A DNA stretch of 64,000 bases from Camelus ferus (taxonomy: Eukaryota), in contig NC_045707.1 in assembly GCF_009834535.1 (NCBI RefSeq), positions 47,184,001 to 47,248,000 on the forward strand. Reading direction: 5' to 3'. Under the pieces are notes generated by a model. That model made no database searches, had not been told where the DNA came from, and saw only the letters and a list, made by a program, of their open reading frames with translations. A program made the position numbers and the translations under genes. Shown here one piece after another: positions 39,176 through 53,026 of this stretch (positions within the stretch are counted from its first letter, which is position 1; each line of letters starts with the position of its first letter).

Positions 39176-41489
39176 GCCTAGAGAAATCAGGTGCTTGTCT
39201 TCTCTAGTTGCTGTAATTTTACCTGGTGTTTCTTGCTTGCTTTACAAACTCAAGTTCCTTTAAAGATTCTTTACATTGATACAAGGAGCCTGCATTACTA
39301 TTTGGGTGCAGAGTTCCTCCTACCAGCCTGCTCACCATTCTGCCTGCCAGCTCTCTGCCATAACTCCTGGTGCAGACAGCTTGGGTAAAACGTGTTCCTC
39401 TGGTTGCAAAGAAAGCCTTGTTTACAAGGACACTTAGTCAGAGTTTTAGATGAACTGTGGTGGATATGGGAGTGGAAACCTGACACAGGTTTAACCTTCT
39501 GATGGGTTTGGGTTTTGTCCCAGAAAAACCATGGTTGTGAAAAACCACAGCATATCAAGGGACAGTACATGGCATAAAGAGAAGCAGGAGTCCCGAACTG
39601 ATGTAAGAAGACATGGATTCAAATCCCTGGTCACCCATGAAGTAGTTACGTTTGATTTGGAGAGATCATTATATTTAAGCCTCAGTTCCTCTTTCTGTCA
39701 GATGCCTGTAAGATGAACTCAACAATGCTTACTTCAGAGGATTGCTGAAATATCAAATGAGATCAAGTATAAGAAAATAGTTGTGACTTGAGGAGCCCTG
39801 TTTATGGTGGCAAACTTATGGCACTATAAGTGCAGATTCTGGGGGCAGATGATTTTGTTTGTCCAGAAAAGTGTGTTTTGTTTAGTTGAATTGGAGATCC
39901 CTCAGGGCAGGGGGCGGTGTGGGGTGGGGTGTGTGACACTCTTCCACATCTCACAGACTTTACCATTCTTATCTTAATTCAGCTGATTTGTGTCAACTGC
40001 CTGGCTGCTGAAGATGGATGTGTTTGTGTACCTTGTAACATGGGAGGGGCCACACTTAGTAACACAACCATGCCTGACTTGCTGGCTGGTGTGGTTCCTG
40101 TCTCTGAGAACTCATGATAAACACTTAAGTTACAGCATAATGAGGACTGGATAAACAGATGTTTACCAAGGACCTGATCACTGTTCAAAGTTCCAGGGAT
40201 GAAAATTACAGGAACAAGTCGGCTGTGAGTACAACAAAAAGGACAGACAATTGACTATGCCTTGGGGAAGGATATTTAAGAGGAGGTGGGTTATAGGAGG
40301 AAGAAAAGTAACATTGTGAGCCAAGACTGGGCTGTATGCAAGCTTAAGCACTTGCCATGCGCCATCTCATTTACTTCTCCAAACAGCCGTTAGAGCTGGG
40401 TTTCTTATCTTCATTTTCAGATAAGGATGGCCCAGGGTCACACACAATGGACAGAGCCAGGTTTTGAACCAAGTTCTTCTGAGTAGGCCCAAGACCACAG
40501 TGGGTCTACTGTGCTTCCCCTCAGGAATTAATGAAAGGATGATTCATAGCAATTGTTTTATTTCTGTTTGCTGGGCCTCTCTCCCACCCCCTATTCACCC
40601 TTTTCCAAGAGAGTTGTTTAACTTCAAATTCATTTATTTATTAAAATTTCAACAACTTACTTCTGAAAGCATACAAAATTGCAAAATAACTATTGATATT
40701 TCAACAAAGATACCAGATATATTAAATGGCAAGAAAAAGGTATGTCTAATAGTTTTTGTTCTGTTGTAAACTCATCATGAAATCATAAGTTGCACATCCA
40801 GGAAATGTACCAACAGTGCTTTCTTCTATGGTCTGTGTATTTTATTTGGTCTCCTGTGAGTATCTCTTCCATTATGGTGATTGGCTTAGGATCCAGGGGT
40901 GTTTAGAAAACAGCCCTTGGAATTCACAAGCATCACTACCTCTTCTAAGGGGAGAGGGAACACAAATGTCAAAGAGGCATGAAAAAGTCACATGCTAAAT
41001 CCATCTTCCTAAGTTTGTTCACCCTCTAATGAGAATCTAAAGGAAATGTCCCTGCCTGACATCCTGTCCTATCTTTCTTTCCACCTGGAGGGGATGTTTG
41101 TGGACAGTCAAGTTTGTTGTCTAGGGAATCTGACCTGCCTGCAGTGTACTCTGATCCCAGCAGTGATTAGGGGTGGTTGATCATAAAAGCCGGGGAGCTC
41201 TGGTTCTTGTCTGTAGTAGCCTTTAGCATTGATTCCTTAGCAATAAACAACTGTGCCCCACCCCAGACTGGTGAGTTGGCTATTCCAACCAAAAGGCTTT
41301 TGCCCCAGCCTGCTTTTGAATTGGCTCTCCAAGTGGGCAAAGGTCAGGGAGGAAGAGTTACTGAATGATGGAGGAGCTAAGGGCAATGGCTTTGGTTATG
41401 AGCTTTCTGTGCTCCATGAGACAATGGCCTTCATCAGCCTGTGTTTGACTTTCTTCTGCTACAAGTTGAGGTAAAGGTCACCATGGGCT

Positions 41490-41890
41490 CATTTGGAGCC
41501 CTGGCTCTGGAATCTGACACACCTAAGTTTGAACCCTTACCCTGCTACATTCTGGGTGGGTCATCTGGCATAGGTTGACTTAATTGTCTAAACTCCTTTT
41601 CCTCATATGTAAAAATGTGTAATAACAAGAAAGATGTGAAATTTTAATAATAACAGCAAGCACTTCTGTTGCTTTAAGTGCTATGCATTGTTCTCTGTGT
41701 TTTACATATACTAACTTAATTAATCCTACAACAGTTATTGTTATGAGGTAGGTACAATTATTATCCCCATTTTACAGATGAGGAAACGGAGACAGGGAGA
41801 GGTTAAGAAACTTCCCAACGTTCCATAGCTAGTAATTGCATACCTGAGATATCAAAGCAGTGAAAGTCCAGAGCCCATTCCTAAGCACTG
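41490..41890. mobile_element. Two MIR SINEs, tail-to-tail
   Basis: + copy 'tttcctcatatgtaaaaatg'; - copy 'ccccattttacagatgaggaaacggagacagggagaggttaag'. Confidence 0.8.
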
Positions 41891-42904
41891 GGTTATGCAT
41901 AGATATTAAACACATGCAAATCCAGAACACAGCAGATGGTCCATAAGTTCTGTCTATTAATCCAGTTATTATTTCTAATGGTCTTTGTTTTCATGGCTTC
42001 CAAGAGGCACTTTAAAAGTGGAGTGAACTTTGAGGCATTTTTGTGAAATGATGACTTTTTTTTTCATAATTTTGAGTTTGAATGGTATCTGAATTCATTC
42101 CCTCCGTCTTTTAAGTCTAACTTATTAAACCTTAATATTCATCATATTTTGCAGTTTACATTTTACATTGTAGTTACTGATGAATACTAGCATCTTCTCA
42201 TAGATTCTTATAAGCTAAAGTGATTTAATATGTGTAAAGTACTTAGACAAGTGCTTGGCACTGAGTATGTGCTATACAAGGGGAGGGTATTTGGAGGGCC
42301 TTGCCCAAGGCATGAATGTGATTTCACCTGATCGTCCACTTTGATCTTTCCTTGTGAGGATGCATCTGTCCCCAGGTCATCTAGGACAAATTGAGACAGG
42401 GTGCAATTTTACATTGTGTTGCCAGCTGCCAGGGCAGGAGCTCCTTGAGGCTGGAGATCTAGCTGGATTTCTCCCTCATGGCCAAGGCCCACCACAATAA
42501 CTGGTCCACCAAAAACAAGCATGAACTTAGGAAGAAGCTGAATTACATTTCTTTGTACCAAACTCCAATAAGGAATAAGGCAAAAAGAAACAAGAGGAAC
42601 ATGTCTTCATTTCCCAAACTTGCTATTCTACCTTTTAGGCCCTAGATTTAAATTATTATTTTATGACAGAAGAAGTTAATTACACCCTTCAGGTGTCCCA
42701 ACTGTTAAGCCAACCTTATCTTATGCAAATTGTCAGACCTGGGAAGAATGTCACGTTACACAGAAGACAGGGCTAAAGGACTGCAGGTACAATAGGGAAC
42801 AGACTGGTTTTTTGCTCATATTGTTTCTGTAACTATGCAGATTCTCTGTGTACAATTTCTTTGTATGCATACATATTTATATATTTTATATAGGATTCAT
42901 TGAG

Positions 42905-43125
42905 ATTGTACTATGGACCAGGCATTGTTTTAAAAGCCTTATATGTATTAACTCATTTAATCCTCATGATAGCCCCATTAGGTAGGTGCTTTTATGGTCC
43001 CCATTTTAGGGATAAGGACACTGTGGCACAGAGAGGTGAGGTAGGCCACCCAAAGAAACACAGCTGGTAGACGGTGGAGGTAGGATTTGAACCCAGGAAT
43101 CTGGCTCTGGTATCTTACACATCAC
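42905..43125 (-). mobile_element. MIR SINE
   Basis: 'aactcatttaatcctca', 'cccattttagggataaggacactg' and 'ggatttgaacccagg'. Confidence 0.85.
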
Positions 43126-43539
43126 ACTTAACAGCTGATTCCTTGTTTTGATCATTTCTTGATTACTTTCTATATAATTCTTTCTAATATGTAATTAACC
43201 TAGAAAATACTATGTTAGTTATATCAAATTAACATATCATAGAGACTTCAGAGGGTCTGCAACTCCCCTACCCAGAGAGCTCCCTGAGGCTACCCCTCCT
43301 GGGTGGTCAGCAACTGCTTTGCCCCCTGTGAACATTCTCTTTAATGGCAGAGAAGTGTGATTTCCTGAGACAAAGTGACAAATTCTGCTGCTTTAGTGAG
43401 GTAGCCTTTACCATAGAGGAAGCACTCTTCTGAATGGTTCGTCAGAGGGCTCTCCCTTCATCTGCTGCTCCCATATCTGCCCCAAGGACCTGGCCAGGGA
43501 AGTGAACCATCTGCAAACCTGACATTTCCACTCTCCCTT

Positions 43540-43748
43540 GGTCTTAGTCAAGGGCTGCTATCACAAAATACCACATACTGTGTGGCTTAAACACTAACAT
43601 TCATTTCTCACAGTTCAGGAAGCTGGGAAGTTTAAGATCAGGGTGCTAGCAAATTTAGGGCCACTTCTTCAAATACCATCACATTGGGGGTTACATTCAT
43701 AAAATCAACATATGAATTTGGGGGAACACAAACATTCAGTCTGTAACA
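43540..43748 (-). mobile_element. MaLR solo LTR (MLT1A-like), internally deleted
   Basis: 'gggctgctatcacaaaataccaca' and 'aataccatcacattggggg...caacatatgaatttgggggaacacaaacattcagtc'. Confidence 0.85.
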
Positions 43749-44939
43749 CTTTCCTCTTTCCTGCAGACAGTGGCTCACAGAGCTGTTGATTCCAGTGCAA
43801 AGTGAGGCATTGAGGAGATACTCAATAGATATTTGTTGAAATGGAAGAAGGTGAATGGTGCCCTGGTATCGAAAAATCTCAGAGGTCTCAGGCTTTCCTT
43901 TCTGTCCAGAAGAGGGGCTGGAGAATATACTAAAGCTGCCAAAGCACCCAGGAGAAGGAGTAGTGGTGGGGGTCAGAGTCACCTTGGTGGTGTCCGGTGA
44001 AACAACTTATCTTTAGGATAAATAGAGGGAAGAGATGGGTGTCAGAGTGAGGAAGTCCCAAGATTGTGTCTGTGCAGGCTGGGCAGGTCAGGGAACCCTC
44101 TCCTTGCTTTTCTGTAAAGGGGTTGATACTAACCTTATGGATGTGAGGGGAGGAGGCGGTGGAGCAGCATTTATAAATCACCAGTGCACTTGGAGGAAGT
44201 GCCAGAAAAGGTTTCCCCTTCTTAAATAAATGCTTTATCTGTGCCAATTGAAGCCTTCACTGGGATGTGGGCAATCAGGAGAGCAGATATGGGAGTGCTA
44301 CGTGCACATGAATCACAGGCTCATAGAAGCTAATGTTAGTAGATGACCTAAAAGGAATATGTCATGGGAACCAAATAAATTGTTTATACCTGGGAGGCCA
44401 CCCACAAAGTCTGAGATTACCAATTAGCCTAACCATGAGCTCTTGGGTATCACTTGTGGGGAAGGAGGGAGAGATATGAAGGAGAACACTACAGGTGAAA
44501 TTTACATGTAGCCCTTATAGCCCTCAAAATCCCTATCCCTCAGAAACTTTAAAGGGACTGGGAGTACTAGATTAAAAAACCCCCCACAAACAAACAGCTT
44601 ACTGAAAGAGGCAGACTAGACACCCTGCAAGAAAGAGGAGGGTAATACTAAGCAAGCATCAGGAAGAAGGGGAATTTGATTCACTAAAATGGGAGCGGAA
44701 AGTACCCACCTGCATAGCTTTGTGAGCAACAAGTAAGCTTCTAGGTCCTCTGTGCCACCTGGCTCGCATTTATCACTTACCTCGGAGGTCCAGCTGCCTT
44801 TCTCTACCACCAGCTTTGATAGTGGGTTAGCTACTTACTTCCTCTGTTCACCCCAGTTCTCATCACAAGGCCCAGCTCTTGACCCAGGTTCTCAGGAACC
44901 ACAGGGCAATGGTTAGAAAGGCTGTTGATTTCTCTTCTT

Positions 44940-45185
44940 CATGAGTAGTGTCTAAAAACATGGGCTCCAGAATCAGACGTATCTGGGTTTGTGTCCAGGC
45001 TCCGTTACTTATTGGTCACCTGACCTTGGATATGTTTCTTAACCCCTCCTCTGTAAAATGGGCATGATAATAGGATCTACTTCATCTGGTTGAGTGAATT
45101 AAGTGACACAATACAAGTGAAACGCCTACAACAGTGCCTGGAAAATAATGACTACTCAGAGAGAATAGCTATCATCATTCTTAAT
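44940..45185 (+). mobile_element. MIR SINE
   Basis: 'ggctccagaatcagac', 'tgaccttgg', 'ctgtaaaatgggcatgataata' and 'acagtgcctgg'. Confidence 0.85.
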
Positions 45186-45495
45186 AATGGTATTTTTACA
45201 GCCTGGCAAAACCCAGTCATCTTTCATTCTGTTTCCTCTATGATCCTGATGGGTGTGGGCTAGTGGAGAGAACAAGACCAACAGGTGGCTCTGCCACTAA
45301 TTGACTGTGCAACCTTGTGCAAGCCTGTGACCACTCTGAATCTGACTTTCCTCTTCTCTAAAATAAGGACAATGATCATGCTCCCCCTCACTTGTGCTGG
45401 GAGGTGCACAAGGGACAATGCCATCAAAGTGCAGTGAGCCTACACCGGGGAGGGAGATGTAAGATGATACCATCCCCGATGGCCCTGAAGTCCCA

Positions 45496-45661
45496 CAGTG
45501 GTTCTGCGTGTGTGGTCAATGGCACCTCCTGTTAGAAATGCAAATTCACAGGCCCCACCCTAGACCTTATAAAACCAGAAACTGTGGGGGTGGGGCAGGT
45601 GATCAGTGTTCAGCCAATGTTCCAGGTGATTCCGTTGCACCTTCAGGTTTGGGAACTACTG
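45496..45661. mobile_element. hAT-Charlie MER5A-like element
   Basis: Termini cagtggttc...gaactactg and internal 'gttagaaatgcaaattcacaggccccaccctagacct'. Confidence 0.85.
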
Positions 45662-45829
45662 TGTGTTTTATGGTCACCCAAAGAAAGGTGGAGATGAGAT
45701 GTCCACAAGGAACCAGCTTTGTACTGAATCATTCTTAACTCTGGAGATACTTAGAAATAGTAAAATGGTCTCCCCCACTCCTCTGTTCTTATGCAGAAAG
45801 ATATTCAAATATATTTTAAATTTAGCTAT

Positions 45830-46203
45830 TGTTATGGGCTGAATTGTGTCCCACTAGAATTGGTATGCTGAAGTCCTAACCTCAGTACCTCAGGATGTGA
45901 CTGTATTTAAAGAGGTAATTAAGGTAATATGAAGTCATGTGGGTGGGTCCTAATCCAATATGACTGGTGTCCTTGTAAGAAGAAATTTGGATACAGACAG
46001 GTACAGAGGGAAGACCATGTGAAGACACCGAGGGAAGGCAAGGCAGCTACCTCTAAGCCAAAGAGGGGCCTCAGAAGAAACCAACCCTGCTTATGCCTTG
46101 ACCTTGGAATGTCTGACCTCCAGATTTGTGAGATGATACATTTCTGTTGTTTAAGCCACCCAGTCTGTGGTGTTTGTTATGGCAGCCCTGGCAGACTAAG
46201 AAA
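45830..46203 (+). mobile_element. MaLR solo LTR, MLT1B-like
   Basis: 'tgttatgggctgaattgtgtccc', 'cctaatccaatatgactggtgtcctt' and 'ttgtttaagccacccagtctgtgg'. Confidence 0.92.
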
Positions 46204-47723
46204 GCCTATAGCCAAGGTGGAGCCCTCAGCAGAGATTGAACTCTGCATAGCTGAGGCTGGAAGGTGCAGGCAAGGACCCGAGTGCAGGTGTGAGGGGACT
46301 GCCAGGGGAAAGCCATTTTTAGATGCCTCTCTTGTTGAAAACAAAGTAGGTGGGGTGCTTGCTCACTTTAGAAAGAATTTTTTACTTTACAAGTGACTCA
46401 CTTGTCACAAGAGATAGATTAGAAGCAATGATAAAAACACTATGGGATCAGGATGAAAGTCAGCAGAAAAGTATTACTTGTTTTACAGACAACTCGTTCG
46501 CATATAATTTTTTAGGGATGTATTTCCCTCAGGAAGGCAGATGCCAGGGACCATGTACAAGGGATTAGATAGAGACTCTGGAAGAAGTCGGCTGCAAACC
46601 AGGGAGCGAGAATATTGCACTTATACCTGAGAGATGTGCAGGACCTTGATAGTGCCTTGATTATTTGCTAAGTGGGTTTACTCCTCCTACCTTTGAGTTT
46701 TACCTGCCTTAAATTAAAAAAAAATTTTCCCCCTGGATATTTAGACTTAGAAGTTTGGCCAAGTTTTACATGGGTTTGGTAAACCTGGGGCTTGGTGGGT
46801 GTGTAATACCAAGGGATTTGAGAGAGCACCTAAAATGGGTTCTGTCACCTAGTCACTGTCTCTAGGGTGTGGCCACGATGTCCCACCAGACAGGTAGGTG
46901 TACATACAAGCTTGCTTTCACAAGGCTTTCTCTGAAGTCATTATCCTAAGGTTGACATTTGACAGGTCAACATTTTATCTGTCTGATTTTAGAAACTGTA
47001 AGCCTTTTCTCAAGACCTCCAACCTTTATATTTTTTTAAAATGTCATTTTAAATGGTCATACTATAACTAGACAGAAGGCTGACCTTCCTTATTTAAATG
47101 AAGAGCCACTTTTTAAACATTTAATGGAAATGCAGAAGTTCTAATGATTTCTTTCTTTCATTAAATAATCCTTCCACGGAGTCTCCAGCATGGGCAAAGC
47201 ATGGTGAATGCATGATCACAACAACAACATGACCTTTGGGCTCTGCTCCAAGGACATAACCAATCATAGATCATTTGTCTGTCATAAAGATTTCCTCATA
47301 AAACTTTCTTTCCCCATCCATTCTGTCCTTTGGCATTCATTAAAAAACTCACATGCCGTAGTCACAAGCAATAAATTGAGTAGGCTGGCTTGCATGAAAT
47401 GCATTTCCTTTTGCAGTCACTGGTGTTTGGGAAGGTATTGTCAGTGCTGGGTAGGGGCAGAGAGAAGAGTGGGTATCTGGAATGAAATTTGCTACTGGGT
47501 TGCTTTTAATTTGGGGCTGATAAGCTGGGAACAGTCGTACTGAGTATAAGATGCTGCACTGTCTTGGCAGTGACATGAAGGATTACTTCTAGGCAAAAAG
47601 TTCTGTGGTTCAGCACTTTTTTTCTTTCTTCTCAATACCTGACTCTTTTTTTAGGAAGTAGCCTTACTGTCTCTTGCATCTAAACACTTTTCCAGTGAGA
47701 GATGAGAATATGTGATTTACACT

Positions 47724-48155
47724 TGCAGTAGGCATGGCGGGTGCTGCCCAGATTCCCCCACTTCAAGACTGCAGCTGGCAGTTGTAATTGGCTGACAGCT
47801 CGTACCTGCGTCCTCTTGCTCCCCACAACCCTGGTAAAGAGAAGCCACTGTGTTCAAGGTCATGCCTCTTTCCTAGGAACAGCCAGAATTCAATGATGGG
47901 CCGACGTGGGGGTAGAAAGGTCCAGCCCCCTTCCTTATTTTGGGACATCTCTGCAGGGCCACCCCAGCTCCAGAATCCCCCATGAGATCAACAGAGACCT
48001 CTGCTGTGACTGCATTGCAGCTCAGCTTCTCCTTCTGCCTGAATCGACAGCTTTTGTTTCCGTACAGGTGTCGATGCCAAGATCATTCCCTAACAAACCT
48101 CCTGCGTGCAATTACCGTCTCTGAGCCTGTTTCCCAGGGAAACTGACCTGCAGCA
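47724..48155 (+). mobile_element. ERVL solo LTR, LTR16-like
   Basis: 'gggccaccccagctccaga', 'gactgcattgcagctcagcttctcc' and 'tctgagcctgtttcccagggaaactgacct'. Flanked by acact/aaact. Confidence 0.8.
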
Positions 48156-50229
48156 AAACTTTCCCTTCAACAGGACTATTGTCTTATTTCTCATGTGGAT
48201 TACTGATAAGGGATAAAATCATATCTTCATTCCAGGAATTGATATGTATTGCTTTTCAAAGTCTTTATTTGTATGGAAAATTTTCTATGTGTGCTAAGGA
48301 TGCATAAGAATTGAAAATGTTCTGAACTCCACTGGGTCAAACTAGCAGTGAGAAAGTTCTGTTGCTTAAACTTGAAGTTTTGTTTATCAGATTTGAACTG
48401 ACTGCCAACCACTTAGCGTGGCCATACTGTGGAGGGGAAAGTCTGAGGTCAGGGGTCTTGATGAAAATGGCCAGAGTTTCAGTTTCTGTATTGTTTGGTT
48501 TGTTTTCCGTTCTTTCCTGATCTCAACCTGTACTCTAACCTGGCCAATCCTATGAAAAGTGTTCTCTTGACCTGGCCCTGGAACAGGTGAGAGAGTGTAG
48601 ATAATCACTGCAAATCTGTCACCATGGCTGGAAAAACAATCGCTGGCACCTGCCCCTCTACGTATGAGGGACAGAACATTTATCAAGATCAACCCAGGAG
48701 AATGCAACTTGGGATTTTGCCCCAAAAGGGAAGAGTAAGTAGATTTCCACAATTTTTTTTTCAAATTTATAATAAACACAATTTCCCTATATTAAGCAGC
48801 TTGTTTTACCAACAAGGAGGACCAATGAGTAAGGTACAGGGAAAAAGCATTAAAACTGCCTTTGGCTTAAATTCTTCATTAGGATGAGATGATGATTGCA
48901 AAATTATCAGAAACTTTGCTATTATTGAAAATGAACAGGCTGGAGAATTAGTGAAGATTCAGCATTAAGTATTGAAAAGTAATTAGAGTTTGTATATATT
49001 TCATTTGTATGTTTTATATCTACTTATCTTTCTGTATACACAGTGACAGAGTTTGGAAGAAATGTTTTGCTAAAAGTAAATCAGAGTAGTGGAATTTGAC
49101 TAATTAGAAAAATCTTTACTAGTATTTTTATTAGTGTTTGAATAAATTAATGTTTAAAAGTAAGTATCACAGGAAGAATGAAACAGAAGTTAATAAAATA
49201 AAAATGGAAAATGATAGAACAGGCAGATCTTGACATTTGAAATAAGAACGTGGTCCAGAGAAGCACTTAGATGGAATAGAAATTGGTGACAACTTCTATT
49301 ATTGTGCCCAGTCTTGTGTCTGCATTGGGCTTTAGCCTGGATTTAGATGCTTCAGGCAGGTATGATGCGCTGGTGGTCCTGGTAACCTGCAGGCATCTAT
49401 TAGCATGAGCTGATTTCCTTGGGTTGAAAGGGTCTGCTCAGGGGAGGAAGAAGGAAAAAGAAGGATAGTTTGGTGCCAGTTTCAGATAATGACCCCTGGT
49501 CAGGCACTCGGGACTCCTGGAACAGATGGGGCTGTTTAAATTAGGGGCTAAAAATGTATATGTGTGTCTGTATGTGAAGTGTGTTGGGGGCTGGCATTGG
49601 TGGAGGGCGAGAGCACTGGGGGTGCCATGAAAAGGCTGTGGCAGGTGGACTGAATTATGAACATTTGTGAGCTACCCTGTCCCTGATGCCTGCCAACCCC
49701 AGGGGAGAGGTGAAGAAATACTCAAGGAGGATTTTACTGGGGTCTGGAAGCCTGCAAGAGCAGATGCCAGTAGAGCCCATGGACTCTGAGCAGCTGCTAT
49801 TACAAGCTGACATTTATAAGCATCTACTGTGCCCAGGTGCCATGCTAAACTCTTTACAGTCTTTTAATTCCATTAATCCTCCAGCAACCCCCAAACATGA
49901 GCACCTCTATCTCTTTTTAACAAATGGAGGAAACTGGGGTTTGAAGAAGTTAAATAACTTGCTCAAAAACTGAGCTGCAAATTGTTTCTCAGTTTTGGGT
50001 AATTCTATTGACTTTGTTTTCTTAATGGGAAGCATTGAAGTAGGTACAAGCTTGAGCTCTGAAGACAGACTTGGGTTTCTGTCATGGCTTTGCCATGACC
50101 TGGTTGTGTGATCTTGGACATGTTATACAACCTCTCTGAGCCTGCAGAGTTGTTAGATACAAAGAAAAACACTCAGTTAGTGATAGTTATTATTACCATA
50201 TATCATTCAAGACCATTTGTTGTTAACAA

Positions 50230-50960
50230 TGTGATGGTTAATATTATGTGTCAACTGGGCCAGGGGGCCCCAGATATTTGGTAAAGTATTATTCTGGGTG
50301 TTTCTGTAAGAGTGTTTTTAGATGAGACTAACCTTTAAATGGGTAGATTAAGTAAAGCATATTGTCCTTTTTAGTGTAGGTGGGCCTCATCCAATCAGTG
50401 GAAGTCCTAAATAGAGTGAAGAGGCTGGCCCTCCTTCCAGTAAAAGAGGACTCCTCCTGCTTGATTTCCTTAGTACTGGGACACTGGCTTTTTCATGCCT
50501 TCATATTTGAACTGAAACATCAGTTCTTCCTGGGTCTAGAGCCTACCAGCCTTCAGACTTGGACTGGAATTACATCACTGGCTTCTGGGCTTCCAGTTTG
50601 CCAACTCACTCTGTAGATCTTGGGACTTTTTTTTTTTTTTGTCATGTAACTTTTTTATTGAGGCACAACAAGGCATTATAACTTGCCTAAACTTGAGGCA
50701 GTTGGTTTAGTAAGCTGAACATTAATACAGTTAATGATTAAGTGCAAAAAATATATATTCACAGCTTGACTAGTGAGGCTACATCACAATTTATAAAGTG
50801 CCAGATTAGTGTTAAGTCTTCATATCAGTCTTCATAATTGCCTGAGCCAGTTCCTTATATTCTTATAATGAGTCAATCTCTCTCTCTCTGTCTCCACACA
50901 CACAGGTACACACACATCCTATTGGTTCTGTTTCTTTGCAGGACCCTGAGTCCCACTCAA
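50230..50960 (+). mobile_element. ERVL solo LTR, MLT2-like, interrupted
   Basis: 'tgtgatggttaatattatgtgtcaact', 'gggcctcatccaatcag' and 'cctattggttctgtttct'. Confidence 0.9.
50627..50814 (-). pseudogene. SRSF2: Retro-fragment of an mRNA 3' end, SRSF2-like
   Basis: T14 (50627-50640) and antisense AATAAA (50654-50659). Minus strand '...ctaatctggcactttataaattgtgatgtagcctc...atgccttgttgtgcctcaataaaaaagttacatgac' matches my recall of the SRSF2 distal 3'UTR (unverified). Confidence 0.7.
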
Positions 50961-52776
50961 TATTAATCTAATGATGTCTGGATCCCAGGCACTAGCTCCA
51001 GGCCAGAGAGAGAGAGGGAATGTGGCAGTCTGATTTCTTACCCTCATATAGTTTATAGTTTCAGCCTAGACTAGACTAGAGGGAGAGGCAGACCTTAGGC
51101 ATATAATTGCAAATAATGAATTAAAATTGGAGTAAGTGCCACAGAGAAAACATACCAGGGACTGTAAATGCATAATACAGAGCCCTCCTCCACGTTGTTT
51201 CCCTGAGGAAGTTACAAGTGTGCTGAATAAGCTGAGATCTGAGGGGTGAGTGGGCTTGGTTGGAAAGCACCCTGGACAGAGGCAGCAACATGAGTTCATT
51301 CTTGCCTTGTATGTTCCAGAGCTGAAAGCAGACAGCTGTGGTGGAGCAAAGAGGACAAACTGAGCTAATACATAACCTATATATTCCTTCTTCTTCTATT
51401 TTTTGGGGGAAGAGATTGTGTAGAATTGTTATTAATTCTTCTTTAAATGTTAGGTTGAATTCTCCAGTCAAACTATCTGGGTCTGGGGATTTCTTTTCAG
51501 AAGTTTTAAAGTTATGAATTCAGTTTTCTCAGTAGTTACAGGACTATTCAAATGATTGATTTCATATCAGATAAGTTGTCATAGTTTTACTTTTTGTAGA
51601 ATTGGTCCATTTCATTGAAGACATCAAATTTATGTGTGTAGAGCTGGTTATAGTATTCCCTTATTAACCTTTGACATATGCAGTGTCTATAGTAATTATA
51701 GTAATGTCTAAGTAAAAAAAAATCCCATTTCATTCCTGATATTGGTAATATGTGTCTTCTCTCTTCTTTTCTTGATTGGTTTTGCTTGAGGTTTGTCAGT
51801 TGATGTTTTAAAGGAGTCGTCTTTTTGTTCCAGTGTTTTTTTTAAATTTCTATTTTCTGTTTCCAATTTCATTGATTTCTGCTCTTTTAAAAATTATTTC
51901 CTTCCTTCTGCTTTCTTTGGGTTTGTTTTACTTTTATTTTATTAATTTCTTGAGATGAGAGCTTATTTTATTGATTTGAGACTTCTCCTCTTTTTTAATG
52001 TTAGCATTAGTGCTATAAATTTCCACCTTGGCACTGCATTAGCTGTGTCCCACAGATTTTGATATGTTGTGTTTTTATTTTCATTCAGTTCAGTGTATTT
52101 TTTAAAAAAATTTCCCTCAAGACTTTCTTATTACCCTGGAAGTATTTGGAAATGTGTTGTTTAATTCCCAAGTGTTTAGAGATTTTCCTGTTATCTTTCT
52201 GTTATTGATTCCTAGTTTGATTGCATTGTGGTTAGAAAACATACTCTGCATACTTTCATTTTTTTAAAAAAAATTTGAGGTTGGTTTTATGACCCAGGAT
52301 ATGATCTATTTTGGTATATGTTCCATAAGTGATTGAAAATAATGTGTATTCTGCTATTGTTGAATGGAATAATCTATACATGTCAATTGATCCTGTTGGT
52401 TAATAGTGTTATTGAATTCTTCTATATCCTTGATGATTTTGAGTCTAGTGATTCTATCAGTTGTTGAGAGAGAGAGAGGCTATTGAAGTCTACAACTATA
52501 ATTGTGGGTTTGTCTATTCTTTCAGTTCTATCAGTTTTTGCTTCATATATTTTCTAATTCTGTTGTTTGTTGCATACACATTTAGAATAGCTATGTCTTG
52601 GTGGATTGACCCTTTATCATTATGCAATAATGTCTTTCTCTATCTCTTATAATTTTCTTTCCTCTGAAGTCTTCTTTATATGATATTAATATAACCACTC
52701 CAGCTTTCTTTTTATTAATGTTTTTATAATACATTTTTTTCTACCCTTTTAATTTCAACCAGCCTACATCACTATA

Positions 52777-53026
52777 CAGCTGACCCTTGAACAACATGTG
52801 TTTAAACTGCATGGATCCATTTATACACAGATTTTTTTTCAGTAGTAAATACTACAGTACTACACAATCCACAGTTGGTTGAATCTGAGGATGTGAAACC
52901 GTGGATAAAGAGGAATCTCAGATAAAGAGGAATATATATGGAAAGGCAACTATAAATTATACATGGAATTTTTGACTACATGGAGGGTCAGTCATCCTAT
53001 CCTCCACATCTTTCAGGGGTCAACTG
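52777..53026 (+). mobile_element. Tigger1-derived MITE (TcMar-Tigger)
   Basis: Terminal inverted repeats cagctgacccttgaa and ttcaggggtcaactg, flanked by TA on both sides. Confidence 0.9.

Noticed and set aside
40464..40769. ORF with donor-like AG|GTATGT near 40740 and an open frame on the minus strand
   Set aside because: No convincing acceptor and no recognisable peptide on either strand.
45929..46396. Longest ORF in the track (155 aa)
   Set aside because: It lies mostly in an MLT1B LTR; a similar peptide appears at 31779-31976 in the other MLT1B copy.
46866..46893. Possible 28-nt micro-exon (tctctag|...cag|gtaggt)
   Set aside because: Weak pyrimidine tract, length not a multiple of three and no supporting neighbouring exons.
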